Positions 21,864 through 31,905 of a stretch of DNA of 64,000 bases are shown in pieces. Numbering within the stretch: the first letter of the stretch is position 1; the number at the start of each line of letters is the position of its first letter. Made by a program: the position numbers and the translations under genes. The notes beneath the pieces were generated by a model. The model worked only from the letters and a program-made list of their open reading frames with translations. It ran no database searches and was not told where the DNA came from. Source of the stretch: a virus (lineage: Duplodnaviria; Caudoviricetes); IMG/VR virus record IMGVR_UViG_3300021255_002539, positions 192,001-256,000 of that record. One strand, written 5' to 3'.

Positions 21864-22394
21864 ATGAAATGGATTAAAATGAACGAATCAACTAGATATG
21901 ACCCTTGGCGAGGGGACGACATCAATGACTATGTTATGGAAATTCTCGCAAAGTTCACCAACGACATTCCAACAGACGAGGAATTCTTCAGAGGAAATTG
22001 CCTTAAATTCCTTGATGTCGACATCGTTGATGGTCACATGGAATACAACACAGTTGAAGGAAAATGGTCAAGCGAGAACACCTATCCACATCTACATAAA
22101 TATGATGGGTTTACCCAAGCAAGTCTTTCCTGTTTCCACAAGAATGAATTGCATGTGATAAATGGTCCTGACACATGGGTGTTTTATTTCAATGAATCTG
22201 CAACTTGGGAAGATGTCGTGGAAGCAGCAGTCCATTTTACTCACGATGTTGTCCCAGAATTGAGCGAGGAAGTCAAGGAAGAGATTTTGCATGCGTTAAG
22301 AGGAAAAGCAGTGACACAACACGCCATTGAATCGCTTATTCCAGTGATGAAAAAGTATGGTGGAAAGGACATATTTGTTCGCTCCGCTGGCTGA
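21864..22394 (+). CDS. Hypothetical protein with MKWIKMNES leader
   Basis: ORF with GAGG RBS and ATAAATA upstream (21831). Confidence 0.7.
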   Translation: MKWIKMNESTRYDPWRGDDINDYVMEILAKFTNDIPTDEEFFRGNCLKFLDVDIVDGHMEYNTVEGKWSSENTYPHLHKYDGFTQASLSCFHKNELHVINGPDTWVFYFNESATWEDVVEAAVHFTHDVVPELSEEVKEEILHALRGKAVTQHAIESLIPVMKKYGGKDIFVRSAG

Positions 22395-22407
22395 AAGGAA
22401 GATCTGA

Positions 22408-23130
22408 ATGCTGGATATAGACAACTTGATAGCCGCAGGGGTTCAGACGACCCAGGAGATGGAAGTCAAGAAGGGGAGTGCCAGCTATGGCACAGGGAAG
22501 AACAAGAACGCCAAGGAAATTCCCTTTGAGATTGACGGTCACACCTACATGCTCGACTCCCAGGAGGAATGGTGCATGTTCAACTGGATCAAGGAGATGA
22601 AGGAACATGGTCTGCTCTTGGATTATGTCTACCAACCGGAGCACTGGGAATTGACCCCCAGGTTCGAATACACGCCATATCCAACGGTTGTGGACAAGAA
22701 GAAACGCCCTGTTGACGAGAAGTACGCGAATGTTCCGACGCCATTCAAGACCAAGTTCCTGATGCATCCCCACATCTACACAGCAGACTTCACCTTGAAG
22801 TTTGACGCGAACAACCTGAAGTTGATGGAGTATCTGTCACAGGCGTTCAAGTTGAGGTTGGACGATGTTCAGGATGGCGTTTTGACTTTGGTTGTGGACG
22901 TGAAGGGAACTTTCATGAGCAACGATGGCGGACGCAGTTTCTCCATCAACCAGAAAATGATGATGGCAGTCCACAACATCTACGTCCAAAAGTTCGTGCC
23001 AAAGGTGGCGTTCAAGAAGCTGGGCGTTCCAAAAAGATGCACCACCACGATGAAGTCCGGCAAGGCAAGCAAGGTGTTCAAGGGAATGAACTTCATGGAG
23101 ACTGTGCTTAAAAGGTTTTCCATATTGTAA
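22408..23130 (+). CDS. DUF1064-like PD-(D/E)xK endonuclease
   Basis: DSQEE..YQP..YTADF..VVDVKG..INQKMM pattern. Confidence 0.65.
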   Translation: MLDIDNLIAAGVQTTQEMEVKKGSASYGTGKNKNAKEIPFEIDGHTYMLDSQEEWCMFNWIKEMKEHGLLLDYVYQPEHWELTPRFEYTPYPTVVDKKKRPVDEKYANVPTPFKTKFLMHPHIYTADFTLKFDANNLKLMEYLSQAFKLRLDDVQDGVLTLVVDVKGTFMSNDGGRSFSINQKMMMAVHNIYVQKFVPKVAFKKLGVPKRCTTTMKSGKASKVFKGMNFMETVLKRFSIL

Positions 23131-23160
23131 ATATTACAAGAGTACAAAGAGGACAAATCT

Positions 23161-23496
23161 ATGAAATGGAGAAAACTGTACAAAGAATCCGAAAATGATT
23201 TCTATGCCACGCATTCAAACAGAGAGATACTGGAAACATTGATGGAAGATATAATGTCTGTCCTTCCATTGAGATACCAGGTTGAGATTATTGGCAATGA
23301 AATCGTGATTCCATTTGACACAACCAGATTTAGATTTAGGGACGTTGATAGTATCAAGATAAGTGACGCGATTCAGGAATTGGTGGATGAGGTTCGGGCA
23401 ATCGTTGACGCTTTCTGCGACATGAATGGAATTGAGAACAGATTCAAGGTGGATAGGTTTTTCGGAGACCCTGGAGTGAGCGTCTCCTTAACATGA
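23161..23496 (+). CDS. Hypothetical protein with MKWRKLYKES leader
   Basis: ORF with GAGG RBS and GTAAATA at 23127. Confidence 0.7.
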   Translation: MKWRKLYKESENDFYATHSNREILETLMEDIMSVLPLRYQVEIIGNEIVIPFDTTRFRFRDVDSIKISDAIQELVDEVRAIVDAFCDMNGIENRFKVDRFFGDPGVSVSLT

Positions 23497-23570
23497 CAAG
23501 TGTAAATGACTTTCGCTTTACAATTCTCACCAGATGTGGTACAATGGATTGAGAAAGGAAACTTAAATCC

Positions 23571-23867
23571 ATGATAGAAATTGAATATAAATTGACAGAA
23601 GACGAAACCAAGATGGTCAAGCGTTGGGCGCCGATTCTAGAGAAGTGTGGAAACCTTGCAACCCCCAAGGAAAAACTGTATCTTGCCAACACACTTGATG
23701 CATTTAGGCAGAGTTACAATGCAGCCAATCTAAAAGACAGAATATTGGAAGATGGTGGGACAATCTACATATCCAATCCAACCGGAACCAAGCGACTTGC
23801 GATTTCATATGACGACAAGGGAGATTTTTCCATAACTAGTCAGCACAGGGATTGGGTCAACAATTGA
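23571..23867 (+). CDS. Small protein resembling the N-terminal propeptide of the major capsid protein
   Basis: MVKRWAPILEKCG..KEKLYLANTLD aligns with MCP LLKRWAPVLEKGA..EKKLVLAQVLE. Confidence 0.7.
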   Translation: MIEIEYKLTEDETKMVKRWAPILEKCGNLATPKEKLYLANTLDAFRQSYNAANLKDRILEDGGTIYISNPTGTKRLAISYDDKGDFSITSQHRDWVNN

Positions 23868-23881
23868 CCACTCCAACCCCC

Positions 23882-23911
23882 TTGACTTTTCGAGGGGGTT
23901 TGTGCTATAAT
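23882..23911 (+). promoter_or_regulatory. Sigma70-type early promoter (TTGACT-N18-TATAAT, extended -10 TG)
   Basis: Consensus match upstream of the 23943 gene. The -35 box sits inside an AACCCCCT..AGGGGGTT hairpin. Confidence 0.75.
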
Positions 23912-23942
23912 ATAGTCGTCAAGTGAGGAAAAGGAGATTACC

Positions 23943-24158
23943 ATGAACGACATCAACGACACCATCGCCACCTACGAAGCCAACCTTCGGGATGCTGAGA
24001 GGGATATCGAAAAGGCACTTCAATCCATTTGCGACCTCTATGGGGATGGCCAGCTTACTGAGGTGCGCAAGACCCTCAACGAAGCCCTGGCAATGGTTCA
24101 GTACAACCTGGGTGGGACATACCTGCTCTACGACAACCCTGAGATCAAGAGGTCGTGA
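23943..24158 (+). CDS. Small hypothetical early protein
   Basis: AGGAG RBS and strong promoter upstream. Confidence 0.7.
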   Translation: MNDINDTIATYEANLRDAERDIEKALQSICDLYGDGQLTEVRKTLNEALAMVQYNLGGTYLLYDNPEIKRS

Positions 24159-24204
24159 AGGGGTATTGAGTATCAACATAGTTGATAATAACACCCAAAG
24201 GGTA

Positions 24205-24234
24205 TTGACAAGACCGATGCATTTGTGATATAAT
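24205..24234 (+). promoter_or_regulatory. Sigma70-type early promoter (TTGACA-N18-TATAAT, extended -10 TG)
   Basis: Perfect hexamers upstream of the 24273 gene. Confidence 0.8.
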
Positions 24235-24272
24235 ATTGGCGTAGTGAGGAGAAGTCTAAAGGAGCAGACGCC

Positions 24273-24695
24273 ATGATTGACTACAACAAGATATTTGACC
24301 GTAATGCCCATACCACTGATGTTGGGGAGCTTCTTCTGGTTCTGTTCGACCGAAACAACACACTGGCTGACAAGCGCAAGGTGTGGAGAAAGTGGCGTGA
24401 CGAATACTTCTCCAACGATGTCCTTATCGAGTTCTTCTCAGACTCGTTGTTTGCCAAAGACAGACCCAACTACTTGGATGCCGTATTTCAGGGGAACTAC
24501 AAGAACTTCTATGAGATGGCGTGTTCGCTTGACATTGCTGGCATAGATCCCAGGGCATACTACATCTATTGGATTCTGTGCTATGGACATTCATTTGCAT
24601 CTGGTCTCCTCAAGGAGGCATTGGAGTACGACCCCGAGACCATCAAGGGTATGTTCCCGGACATTGAGCAGGTAATCATGGACAAGGGAGTTTGA
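24273..24695 (+). CDS. Hypothetical early protein
   Basis: AAGGAG RBS. First gene of a three-gene run. Confidence 0.7.
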   Translation: MIDYNKIFDRNAHTTDVGELLLVLFDRNNTLADKRKVWRKWRDEYFSNDVLIEFFSDSLFAKDRPNYLDAVFQGNYKNFYEMACSLDIAGIDPRAYYIYWILCYGHSFASGLLKEALEYDPETIKGMFPDIEQVIMDKGV

Positions 24696-24699
24696 CACG

Positions 24700-25065
24700 A
24701 TGAACCCTTTGATGTCAGAAGCCCGAATCTTGGAACTCATAGATGAGGCGCACAACCATCAGATGAGGTGGTCTAGTTGTGATTTCAATTCAATTCAGTT
24801 CAAGATACGAGATGACAAGAAGTTCAGGAATGTGTATTTCTCTGATGTAATTGAATATTGTAGGCAATCCCATAGGCTGGACGAAATTCCCTCGGTGATG
24901 TTTGACTTGTCGCTCCACCAATTCTACATATCGAATGTGAAGGCACTCGCATATGGAATTCTGCGTGTCACTTTCAAGCATTGCGAACACGGTCGGGACA
25001 CCAACTATGGGGCTGACACCATAGATTGTCTTATGTCAGTGGCCAAAAGGATGCTGAAGTTGTGA
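24700..25065 (+). CDS. Hypothetical protein
   Basis: Closely follows the previous gene. GGGAG RBS. Confidence 0.6.
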   Translation: MNPLMSEARILELIDEAHNHQMRWSSCDFNSIQFKIRDDKKFRNVYFSDVIEYCRQSHRLDEIPSVMFDLSLHQFYISNVKALAYGILRVTFKHCEHGRDTNYGADTIDCLMSVAKRMLKL

Positions 25066-25088
25066 ATAACTTGAAAGAGGATACAACC

Positions 25089-25397
25089 ATGTCACGGGAA
25101 TACAAGATGCCCAAGGCAATTGAGAACAAGCTCCACGCAATCTATGACGCTGAGGAATATGGGGATTGCGCAGAACAGGCTGTGATTGACGCCGCGTCCG
25201 AATTTGGCTATGAGGTCGAGGACGAGAAGGTATCTCAGCAGGATAGGGGTGATGGTGGCTTCATGCGCGATGTGAAGCTGGTGAAGCGAGAGCCTGGTCC
25301 ATGGGGCGAGGTAGTTCATGTTGGTTGGGCGCACTTCAACCATCCTGGTTCAGACTATGCCCATCACCGTGACGAGTGGTACATGTACTTCCTGTGA
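25089..25397 (+). CDS. Hypothetical protein
   Basis: MSREYK start with GAGG RBS. Ends TGA. Confidence 0.65.
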   Translation: MSREYKMPKAIENKLHAIYDAEEYGDCAEQAVIDAASEFGYEVEDEKVSQQDRGDGGFMRDVKLVKREPGPWGEVVHVGWAHFNHPGSDYAHHRDEWYMYFL

Positions 25398-25398
25398 T

Positions 25399-25860
25399 TC
25401 ACAACTTGTGGATGAACACCTTTGTGTTCGCAGACCCAAACTTGACCATTATCTTGTTGAGCATCGTGTTCCAATCGCCACCAGCAAGTCCACATCCAAT
25501 TCCATAGGGCATGTGGATGTCCAGGTTGAAGTAGTTTGCGATGTCCTCCAATTTGTCCAGAATTGTGTTCCATGCGCCATATTCGGTCATGTTGCCTTGT
25601 CGCCCTGGATATACTTGCCCAAAGCAATTTGCCACCACCAGGTTGTTTGACACCAAGGTATCCTGAACATGCCCAAGCAACTTCTTTGGGTTCTCCACGA
25701 ACGAATCGCAATCTTCCTTGTAGTTCTTGTACACCACAGGCCATTTGTTCTTGATTTGAAGCGCGATTCCAGCCCCCATTGCGCCAATGCAGTTTACTTG
25801 GTGGCATATTATCCCTGACTGGACTTCAAGCAAATCTGAATGTTCAAGTGTCCGAACCAT
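25399..25860 (-). CDS. Macrodomain protein (ADP-ribose processing, Poa1p/DarG-like class)
   Basis: IICHQVNCIGAMGAGIALQIKNKWP and MPYGIGCGLAGGDW motifs. Confidence 0.85.
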   Translation of the reverse strand: MVRTLEHSDLLEVQSGIICHQVNCIGAMGAGIALQIKNKWPVVYKNYKEDCDSFVENPKKLLGHVQDTLVSNNLVVANCFGQVYPGRQGNMTEYGAWNTILDKLEDIANYFNLDIHMPYGIGCGLAGGDWNTMLNKIMVKFGSANTKVFIHKL

Positions 25861-25869
25861 GGTGATGTA

Positions 25870-26130
25870 TTAGAATGTGGAGTGGATCATAATTGGGCCA
25901 TACTCTCCAGCATATGGCAGGCTGCGTAGGGTATTGTACCCAATCCAGTCATATGCCTCCTCGTGGGTCATCCCCTCTTTCACCAGACATTCCGCGAACT
26001 TGTCGTAGTCATAGACAACATGGTGGCCATCGCAGGTCAATCCCACTATGGCATCTTGGTATTGATCGGGCGTGTCTCCGAGATAGACCAAATCCTCGTT
26101 CTGGTTCTTCAGTTGCTCAATGTCAATCAT
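25870..26130 (-). CDS. Conserved phage hypothetical protein
   Basis: DAIVG..VVYDYDK..GMTHEEAYDWIGYN..PI pattern common in phage small proteins. GGAGAG RBS. Confidence 0.65.
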   Translation of the reverse strand: MIDIEQLKNQNEDLVYLGDTPDQYQDAIVGLTCDGHHVVYDYDKFAECLVKEGMTHEEAYDWIGYNTLRSLPYAGEYGPIMIHSTF

Positions 26131-26518
26131 TGCTTGTCTCTCTCCTTTCAACTTCCAGACAAATTGTCTTTCCGTCAGATGGAATTCCCTTCCATCCAAG
26201 AATCTCATATGGCTGTCCGATGTCCACTTTCGCCACTATGAAGTCTGTGTCGAATATCTTGTATTGCTTCCCTTCAAGTTCAATGTCCACCCCAACTGCC
26301 TCTGTCATGACGACATCATTTGGTTTCAGGTTGATCTTCTTGAACTGGCCATTACCCTTCACCCACTTGACCTTGTAGAGCTTGAGGTTGTCCTTGGAGA
26401 GCCTGTCGTCAAGCTTCGTGGATGCAAGGAATGTGTTGCCAAAGTCAGCAACGCTGACATCAGCGTTCCAGCATTCCTCGCAGATTATCCTGTTGTCTCT
26501 GGTTATCTCGATGTCCAT
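26123..26518 (-). CDS. GroES/Cpn10-like co-chaperonin (divergent)
   Basis: LKPNDVVM..GVDIELEGKQYKIFDTDFIVAKV resembles the GroES C-terminus (VKVGD..GTEVKIDGEEYLILRESDILAIV). Confidence 0.6.
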   Translation of the reverse strand: MDIEITRDNRIICEECWNADVSVADFGNTFLASTKLDDRLSKDNLKLYKVKWVKGNGQFKKINLKPNDVVMTEAVGVDIELEGKQYKIFDTDFIVAKVDIGQPYEILGWKGIPSDGKTICLEVERRETSND

Positions 26519-26530
26519 GTTGTATTGTAA

Positions 26531-27274
26531 TTAGTTCTCAAGAGTTTCGGCATTCGTGTCGTCCGAGAAATGTGCAGAATGCACGAAATATGTGGGACTC
26601 AACTTGAAAATATGCCTATGCGTGTTCAATGTGGTATTGAAGTAGACATCAACATAGATGTAGTCTGTCTTGTCCAATGTCTTGTTGGTTATTTTCCATT
26701 TGCTTATTATGCCGGAGTAGGATTTTTTCAACTCTTTCAATCCCTTGTCGATGAACTTCTTGGTCTTGCTCATGCTGAATGGCTCTTTTGCCGATTCACG
26801 GATTCCATTTATTGACGAGATGCATTGTTCCTGAATGTCGCAGTCTGCCATCATGGTCTTGTCCAACGCATTTTCCTTGTATGGAACATGGAGATTGTGC
26901 TGCCTTTTCGCAGATTCGCTCAATGACTTCGCCTTTTTCCTGTCAACATCCAAAAGACGCATAATCCTATTGACATGCTTGGTCGAGTATTCATTGAACG
27001 GAAAGTCAGTTATTGCCATTTCCCTTTCCGTGTTTTTGAGGGTCTTGATTCTCTCGGACTTGCTTGGCATCTTGGCGTCCGAAGCAGTGTTCTTGGTGTG
27101 AAGACCCTCTCTCAGCAAAATGGATTCCAATTCCTTCGTGATGTCCTTTGCAAGCACATCCCTGTTCTTGCGCAGAAGTTCCATGAACTCGTCCAGAGCT
27201 TTCCTGGACTTGCTTTTGTCTTGTTTCAATGACTTCTTGGCTTTCTTGCTCGTTTTGGTGGGTTTCTTGTTCAT
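26531..27274 (-). CDS. Basic hypothetical protein
   Basis: 247-aa Lys-rich ORF between the two GroES-like genes. AAGGA RBS. Confidence 0.65.
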   Translation of the reverse strand: MNKKPTKTSKKAKKSLKQDKSKSRKALDEFMELLRKNRDVLAKDITKELESILLREGLHTKNTASDAKMPSKSERIKTLKNTEREMAITDFPFNEYSTKHVNRIMRLLDVDRKKAKSLSESAKRQHNLHVPYKENALDKTMMADCDIQEQCISSINGIRESAKEPFSMSKTKKFIDKGLKELKKSYSGIISKWKITNKTLDKTDYIYVDVYFNTTLNTHRHIFKLSPTYFVHSAHFSDDTNAETLEN

Positions 27275-27293
27275 GTTTGCGTGATCCTTTCTG

Positions 27294-27896
27294 TCAATCG
27301 TTGACCTTCGCTATGATGGCGTCTGTCTTGTAGATGAGAATTGGCTTGTCTGGATCCAGGCTGGAATCCCCCTTGAAGCCATGCAGGGTGTCGTGTTCGT
27401 CCTTCGTGAGCAGAACCTTGTCGCCAACCTTGAACTTGGATGCGTTGTCCTCTGCCCCATCGTATGGAGGGGTGATGGACTTGATTACGCCGATGTGCAT
27501 CTCGTCTGATGTTGGGATTATGAAGCCACCACTCTTGTTTTCGTTGGACTCATTGACCTCCTGCACTATGCATCTGCCACCCATTGCCCTGTACTTGGTC
27601 TTCTCTGGGTTGGATTCCATTATCAGTCCTGTGTACCTTAGAACCGCTATTGGTTGGGTGTGGTAGAATGTGGACAGGGTGTCGTAGAACGCCCAGTCCC
27701 CCTCCTGCAAATTGGTCTCGGACTTCGCCTTGTCTCCAATCTTGAGTATCTGGGCAAATCCAACCCGAAGGTTTCTAAGCGCGTCGTCCCCAATCACGAA
27801 GCCGGATGACTTCGTTGACAATGTGTCGTTGTCCTTGATCCTAATCACCACGCAGTCTGAAGCTGGCTCGATGTTCTCGTTGTCGAAATGTATCAT
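27294..27896 (-). CDS. Tandem two-domain GroES-like co-chaperonin (Cpn20-like, 200 aa)
   Basis: Two repeats of the GroES pattern: IEPASDCVVIR..TKSSGFVI..LQEGDWAFY and YRAMGGRCIVQ..KSGGFIIP..FKVGDKVLL..DAIIAKV. Confidence 0.75.
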   Translation of the reverse strand: MIHFDNENIEPASDCVVIRIKDNDTLSTKSSGFVIGDDALRNLRVGFAQILKIGDKAKSETNLQEGDWAFYDTLSTFYHTQPIAVLRYTGLIMESNPEKTKYRAMGGRCIVQEVNESNENKSGGFIIPTSDEMHIGVIKSITPPYDGAEDNASKFKVGDKVLLTKDEHDTLHGFKGDSSLDPDKPILIYKTDAIIAKVND

Positions 27897-27984
27897 ATGA
27901 TGTAGCCTTTCACCTTTCAATTATACGAAAACGCGCCCCCTATTGAAAGGAAGCGCGTTTCGCCTTGTGATGTGTCGGTTTGTC

Positions 27985-28689
27985 TCACATTTCGTCTTCT
28001 GGCAAGTCCTCGTAGTAATCCATGCCGTTTTCCAATGCGGCATTCTCCATATACTGCCAAAACTCGTCCTTGATTTGCTCTCCCTTCCAATCGTCGTCAA
28101 GAACCTCGTCCAAATTGGGGCCAAGGTACTTCGCTATTTCATCATCCCCCCAACCTGCGCTTGACAAGTAGTCGTAGATGTCATATGCAATTCTCTGCAT
28201 TGTCTTGTCGTCGAGTTGGCTTGCAGCCATTGGTTCGGGCAGTGATTCGTAGTCGTACCTCGTGATTGTCACGCCCTTGTAGGTGAATTCCTTTTCCATG
28301 TCATCAAAGGACTCCTTGAGCATTTTACCCTATACCATCTTGAAGTCAGCAACTTTATTGCCATTCTGACTTATGACAATGAATTCGTCGTCTTCAACCC
28401 AAATAGCTTTTCCGTTACATTTACGGGCAATGAAATTTCCATTTCGTTCAATCCACTGTTTACATGACTTCATGGAATTAAAAGTACGGATTTGGTCTTC
28501 ATTCCAATTTTCGCATGATGCAAGGCAGGTAATGTGTCCCATATCATTGGATTCCTTGAACATCAGCACTTTGCCTTTGTTGGTCTTGAATACCTTGCCA
28601 CTTTCTGACACGTATTCAAGTTTGCCGTATTTGCGCGTGAAGTAGTTGCTTTTTTCAAAAGCTTCCTTCGTTATTGGTAGTTTCTTCAT
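27985..28689 (-). CDS. Two-module protein with MKKLPITK leader (234 aa, 1 in-frame TAG)
   Basis: ORFs 28330-28821 and 27985-28323 are joined in frame across TAG 28330 (..KMV-Q-GKMLKES..). RBS GAGGAAACAAAAC-ATG. Confidence 0.75.
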
Positions 28690-28717
28690 GTTTTGTTTCC
28701 TCGTTATTTGTCGAAAA

Positions 28718-30472
28718 TCACATCCCCAGTGACCTGAGCTTCTCGTCGATTTCCCTAGATGCGAGTCTGGTGTCGGTGGCAACTCTGGAACTGCTTGAGT
28801 CGTCGCCATCCACTGGCACATACTCCACCACGACCCCAGTTCCCTCGGTTCCCACAGCCTTTCTTATCACGAGTCTGCACTTGATGCCTGTCTTGCTGTC
28901 CACGAACACGAGCTTGTTTACGTCAATTTCGATGTCGCCACTCATCCTCACAGTGGTGTTTACGCCCATGTTGAGGGTTGAGCCATTCTGCATGTCGAGC
29001 ACCGAGCCATCGTGGAAAGTCACCTTCGCCCCATCAGCGACATTGGCATTGGAACCATCCTCCATGAATACATCGCCACCTACATGGACGCTTCCATCGA
29101 ACTCTGCAAGGCCCCTTGACTTCAGCAAGTTGTCGGTGTCCACTACATTGGACGCAACGGATGTCGTCACCACCTTGTCTATGTTGATGTTGTTGATGTT
29201 GAACTCGTATGCCTCCAGTTTGCTGAATCTGCCTTGTTCGCAGACCAAGTTCTTCGAGAGGGTGTTGCCATTGGAGTCCAAGCGGTAGATGCCATCCTTC
29301 ACAGTGAACTTCTTTGGCACATTGGGGTTGGAATGCTCCATTGCGTAGGATATTGGGTTCACGAGCGTCTTCACCTTCAACTCGGCGTTCTCGTAGTTCA
29401 CCCTGTTCCTCTCCATTGCGTCTGCCACGGTCTGATATGGATCGTAGTCTGGGCTGGCGTTCTCCTGGTCGTCGTATTCCTCAACCATGTCGTCAATGTA
29501 CTCGTCCCAGTTCTGTTGGGTTGTCAACTGAACCCCCTTGGTGTTGGTGGACTTGGAGGACGATGTGATGTAGGATATTGGCGTGACGAGAACATTGTCT
29601 GTGGCGAGTGTCGAACCATCCAGAATCAACTTGCTGTCCTCTCCCTAAATCGTGACATTGCCCTGGAAGAGGGAGTTCACGCCAGGGTCGACAACGAAGC
29701 AATATGCCGGGCTGGCCGTGCCACCACCCATTATCTTCATCGTCTGGAACCTGTTGTTCACCGTGTGCGAGACGATGCCCCTGTTCGCCACTATCTCGCC
29801 ACCATTTACTGTGAGGGCTGCACCATTCACGCCAGTTCCATCTATGACAACGCTTTGCTTGACCTGGATGTACTTTGCGATAATGTCCTTCACGGTCAAG
29901 GTCTTCTCCACGCGCATGTTGAGCGAAGCCATCGTGTCCATGAACAGGTTGTTGGTCTTCACTGTGTCTGCGAACACTGTTTGACCTATGATCTCGCTGG
30001 TGGCCTTCATTGTGTCAGCAGTCACCACATTGGCCGCAACCTTCTTCGCCGCGATGTCGTCCACCACCAGTTTCTTCAAGGACATCGTGAAGGTGTCTGC
30101 TATGATCTTCCTGGAATCCACATCCCACTTTGCGGCAGAATCGCCCAATATCAACCTGTCCCCAGCATGGAGGGTCTATGTCCCAACATACGCAGAATCG
30201 TAGGTCTTCTCAATACCTATTATGGTGTTGCCTCCACTGAACTCAACTGGTTCTGCGAACGAGCATGCCTTTCTGAAGGATATCGTGGAGTTGCTGACCC
30301 CCAGGGAGAGGTTTCCGTCGTCGTCTACCACCTTTAGCCCATTGGTCGTGGTCTGACCCTGGACGCCCAGGTTGCCCTCCACTGTCAGGCTTCCGTGGAT
30401 GGTCGCGTTTTTTCCACTGTCCTCTGTGTCCATGTAGTCGATGTAGTTGCTTTCGTCTGATGATGTTGCCAT
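28718..30472 (-). CDS. Beta-strand-rich virion (tail/spike-like) protein (584 aa, 2 in-frame TAG)
   Basis: ORFs 30176-30472, 29645-30154 and 28718-29629 are in one frame, separated by TAG only. GAGAGG RBS and late promoter 30522-30528. Confidence 0.75.
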
Positions 30473-30521
30473 GGTTGTCTATTGCCTCTCTTGTTGATAT
30501 GTCAAGGTTGTTGTCATATCC

Positions 30522-30553
30522 TATTTACAATTTTGGGCTTGGAATTGTAAATA
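30522..30553. promoter_or_regulatory. Divergent pair of late-type promoters TATTTAC-N18-GTAAATA
   Basis: Between divergent genes 30472(-) and 30586(+). Confidence 0.7.
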
Positions 30554-30585
30554 GACTACGATGAACAACAAAAGGGTTTACTGAG

Positions 30586-31902
30586 ATGGCACAACAAGTT
30601 CAGTTTGTATATCTGACATAGGCGGAGTACGATGCTCTGGGGACGAAGGATGCAGCCCGCCTATACTTCACATCCGACACAAAGAGGGTCTACAGGGGTT
30701 CGCAAACCTACATACCCCAAAGAATATTCTACGGGACTTGCTCCACTGATGCAAATATGGCGGTTAAGGCGGTGACATGCGGAGACTTCACTGATCAGGA
30801 CTTGACCACTGGAACCGTGTTGATTGTGAAGTTCACATATGCCAATAAGACAATCAATCTCAAATTAAAGGTGAACGACGGCACCGCAAAGAACATGAAG
30901 TGGCAAGATGGTGTCGATGTGTGCAACAATCCCTGGGCAGCAGGTCAGACGGTATAGTTCGTGTACGATGGCGCACAGTGGATTATGATGGAGACAACAC
31001 TGGCCATTCTAACATATGGCAGTTCCACATGGAACGACTTCCTGAATGCCTACAACAGGAACGCATTGGTGTATTGTCGGGTTACAGTAAGTGGTGGTGG
31101 CAGTCGCATGGCGTTCATGGCATACAATATAACTAGTGGTAGTAATGCCAATGTTGAGTTTCAGTATGTCAGAAGCTTATCAACAAAAACCATCACTGAT
31201 CAAGGGGACGAGACCATAATATACAAGCTTGACAGTAGTGGAACATGGACGACGACTACGCGAAAGAACTACACCAGGATAGCTGCAGGAACTGGTTTGG
31301 GTGGGCAGTTTTCAGGTGGCACGACCACTCCCGTATTGACCTTGAGCAACACTGGCGTCCTATCAGTGAATGGAAGCACAGGTGATGTCACCATTTCCGA
31401 TGCAAGCACTTCGACGAAGGGACTTGTTCAGCTCAACGACACCCTGACTTCAACATCCACAACCCAGGCGGCAACCGCGAACGCAGTAAAGCAGTTGAAC
31501 GACAAGTTCGACGACTATGTAAGCATTGCCGACCTGGAAGATGGGTTGCAGGTGGACGACATAGAGGCCAAGTCGATAACCATAGATGGCGTAAAGCCCT
31601 CTTTGGAGGGGCATACGCACTCAGAATACAAGGTTCTGCAGACAGCCAAGTCCAGTCCAACCGCGAGTGGGACAGACATATCGTTTATAGACACGGTATC
31701 CCAAGATGCCAATGGCGAGATAACAGCAACCAGGAAGTCTGTGCGATCAGCGTCAACCAGCCAAACAGGGGTCGTATAGTTGAGTTCCGCTACAAATAGC
31801 ACATCAGAGGCATTGGCAGCAACCCCAAAGGCAGTGAAGACGGCATACGATCTCGCTAGTTCGAAGTCTTCTGTGACGATAATTGATTGGGAGGAGAATT
31901 GA
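30586..31902 (+). CDS. Tail-fibre protein with Phage_fiber_2-type repeats (438 aa, 3 in-frame TAG)
   Basis: LT(TAG)AEYDALGTKD, WAAGQTV(TAG)FVYDG, GVV(TAG)LSSATNSTSEALAATPKAVKTAYDLA. Ends TGA at 31900-31902. Confidence 0.85.
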
Positions 31903-31905
31903 CAT

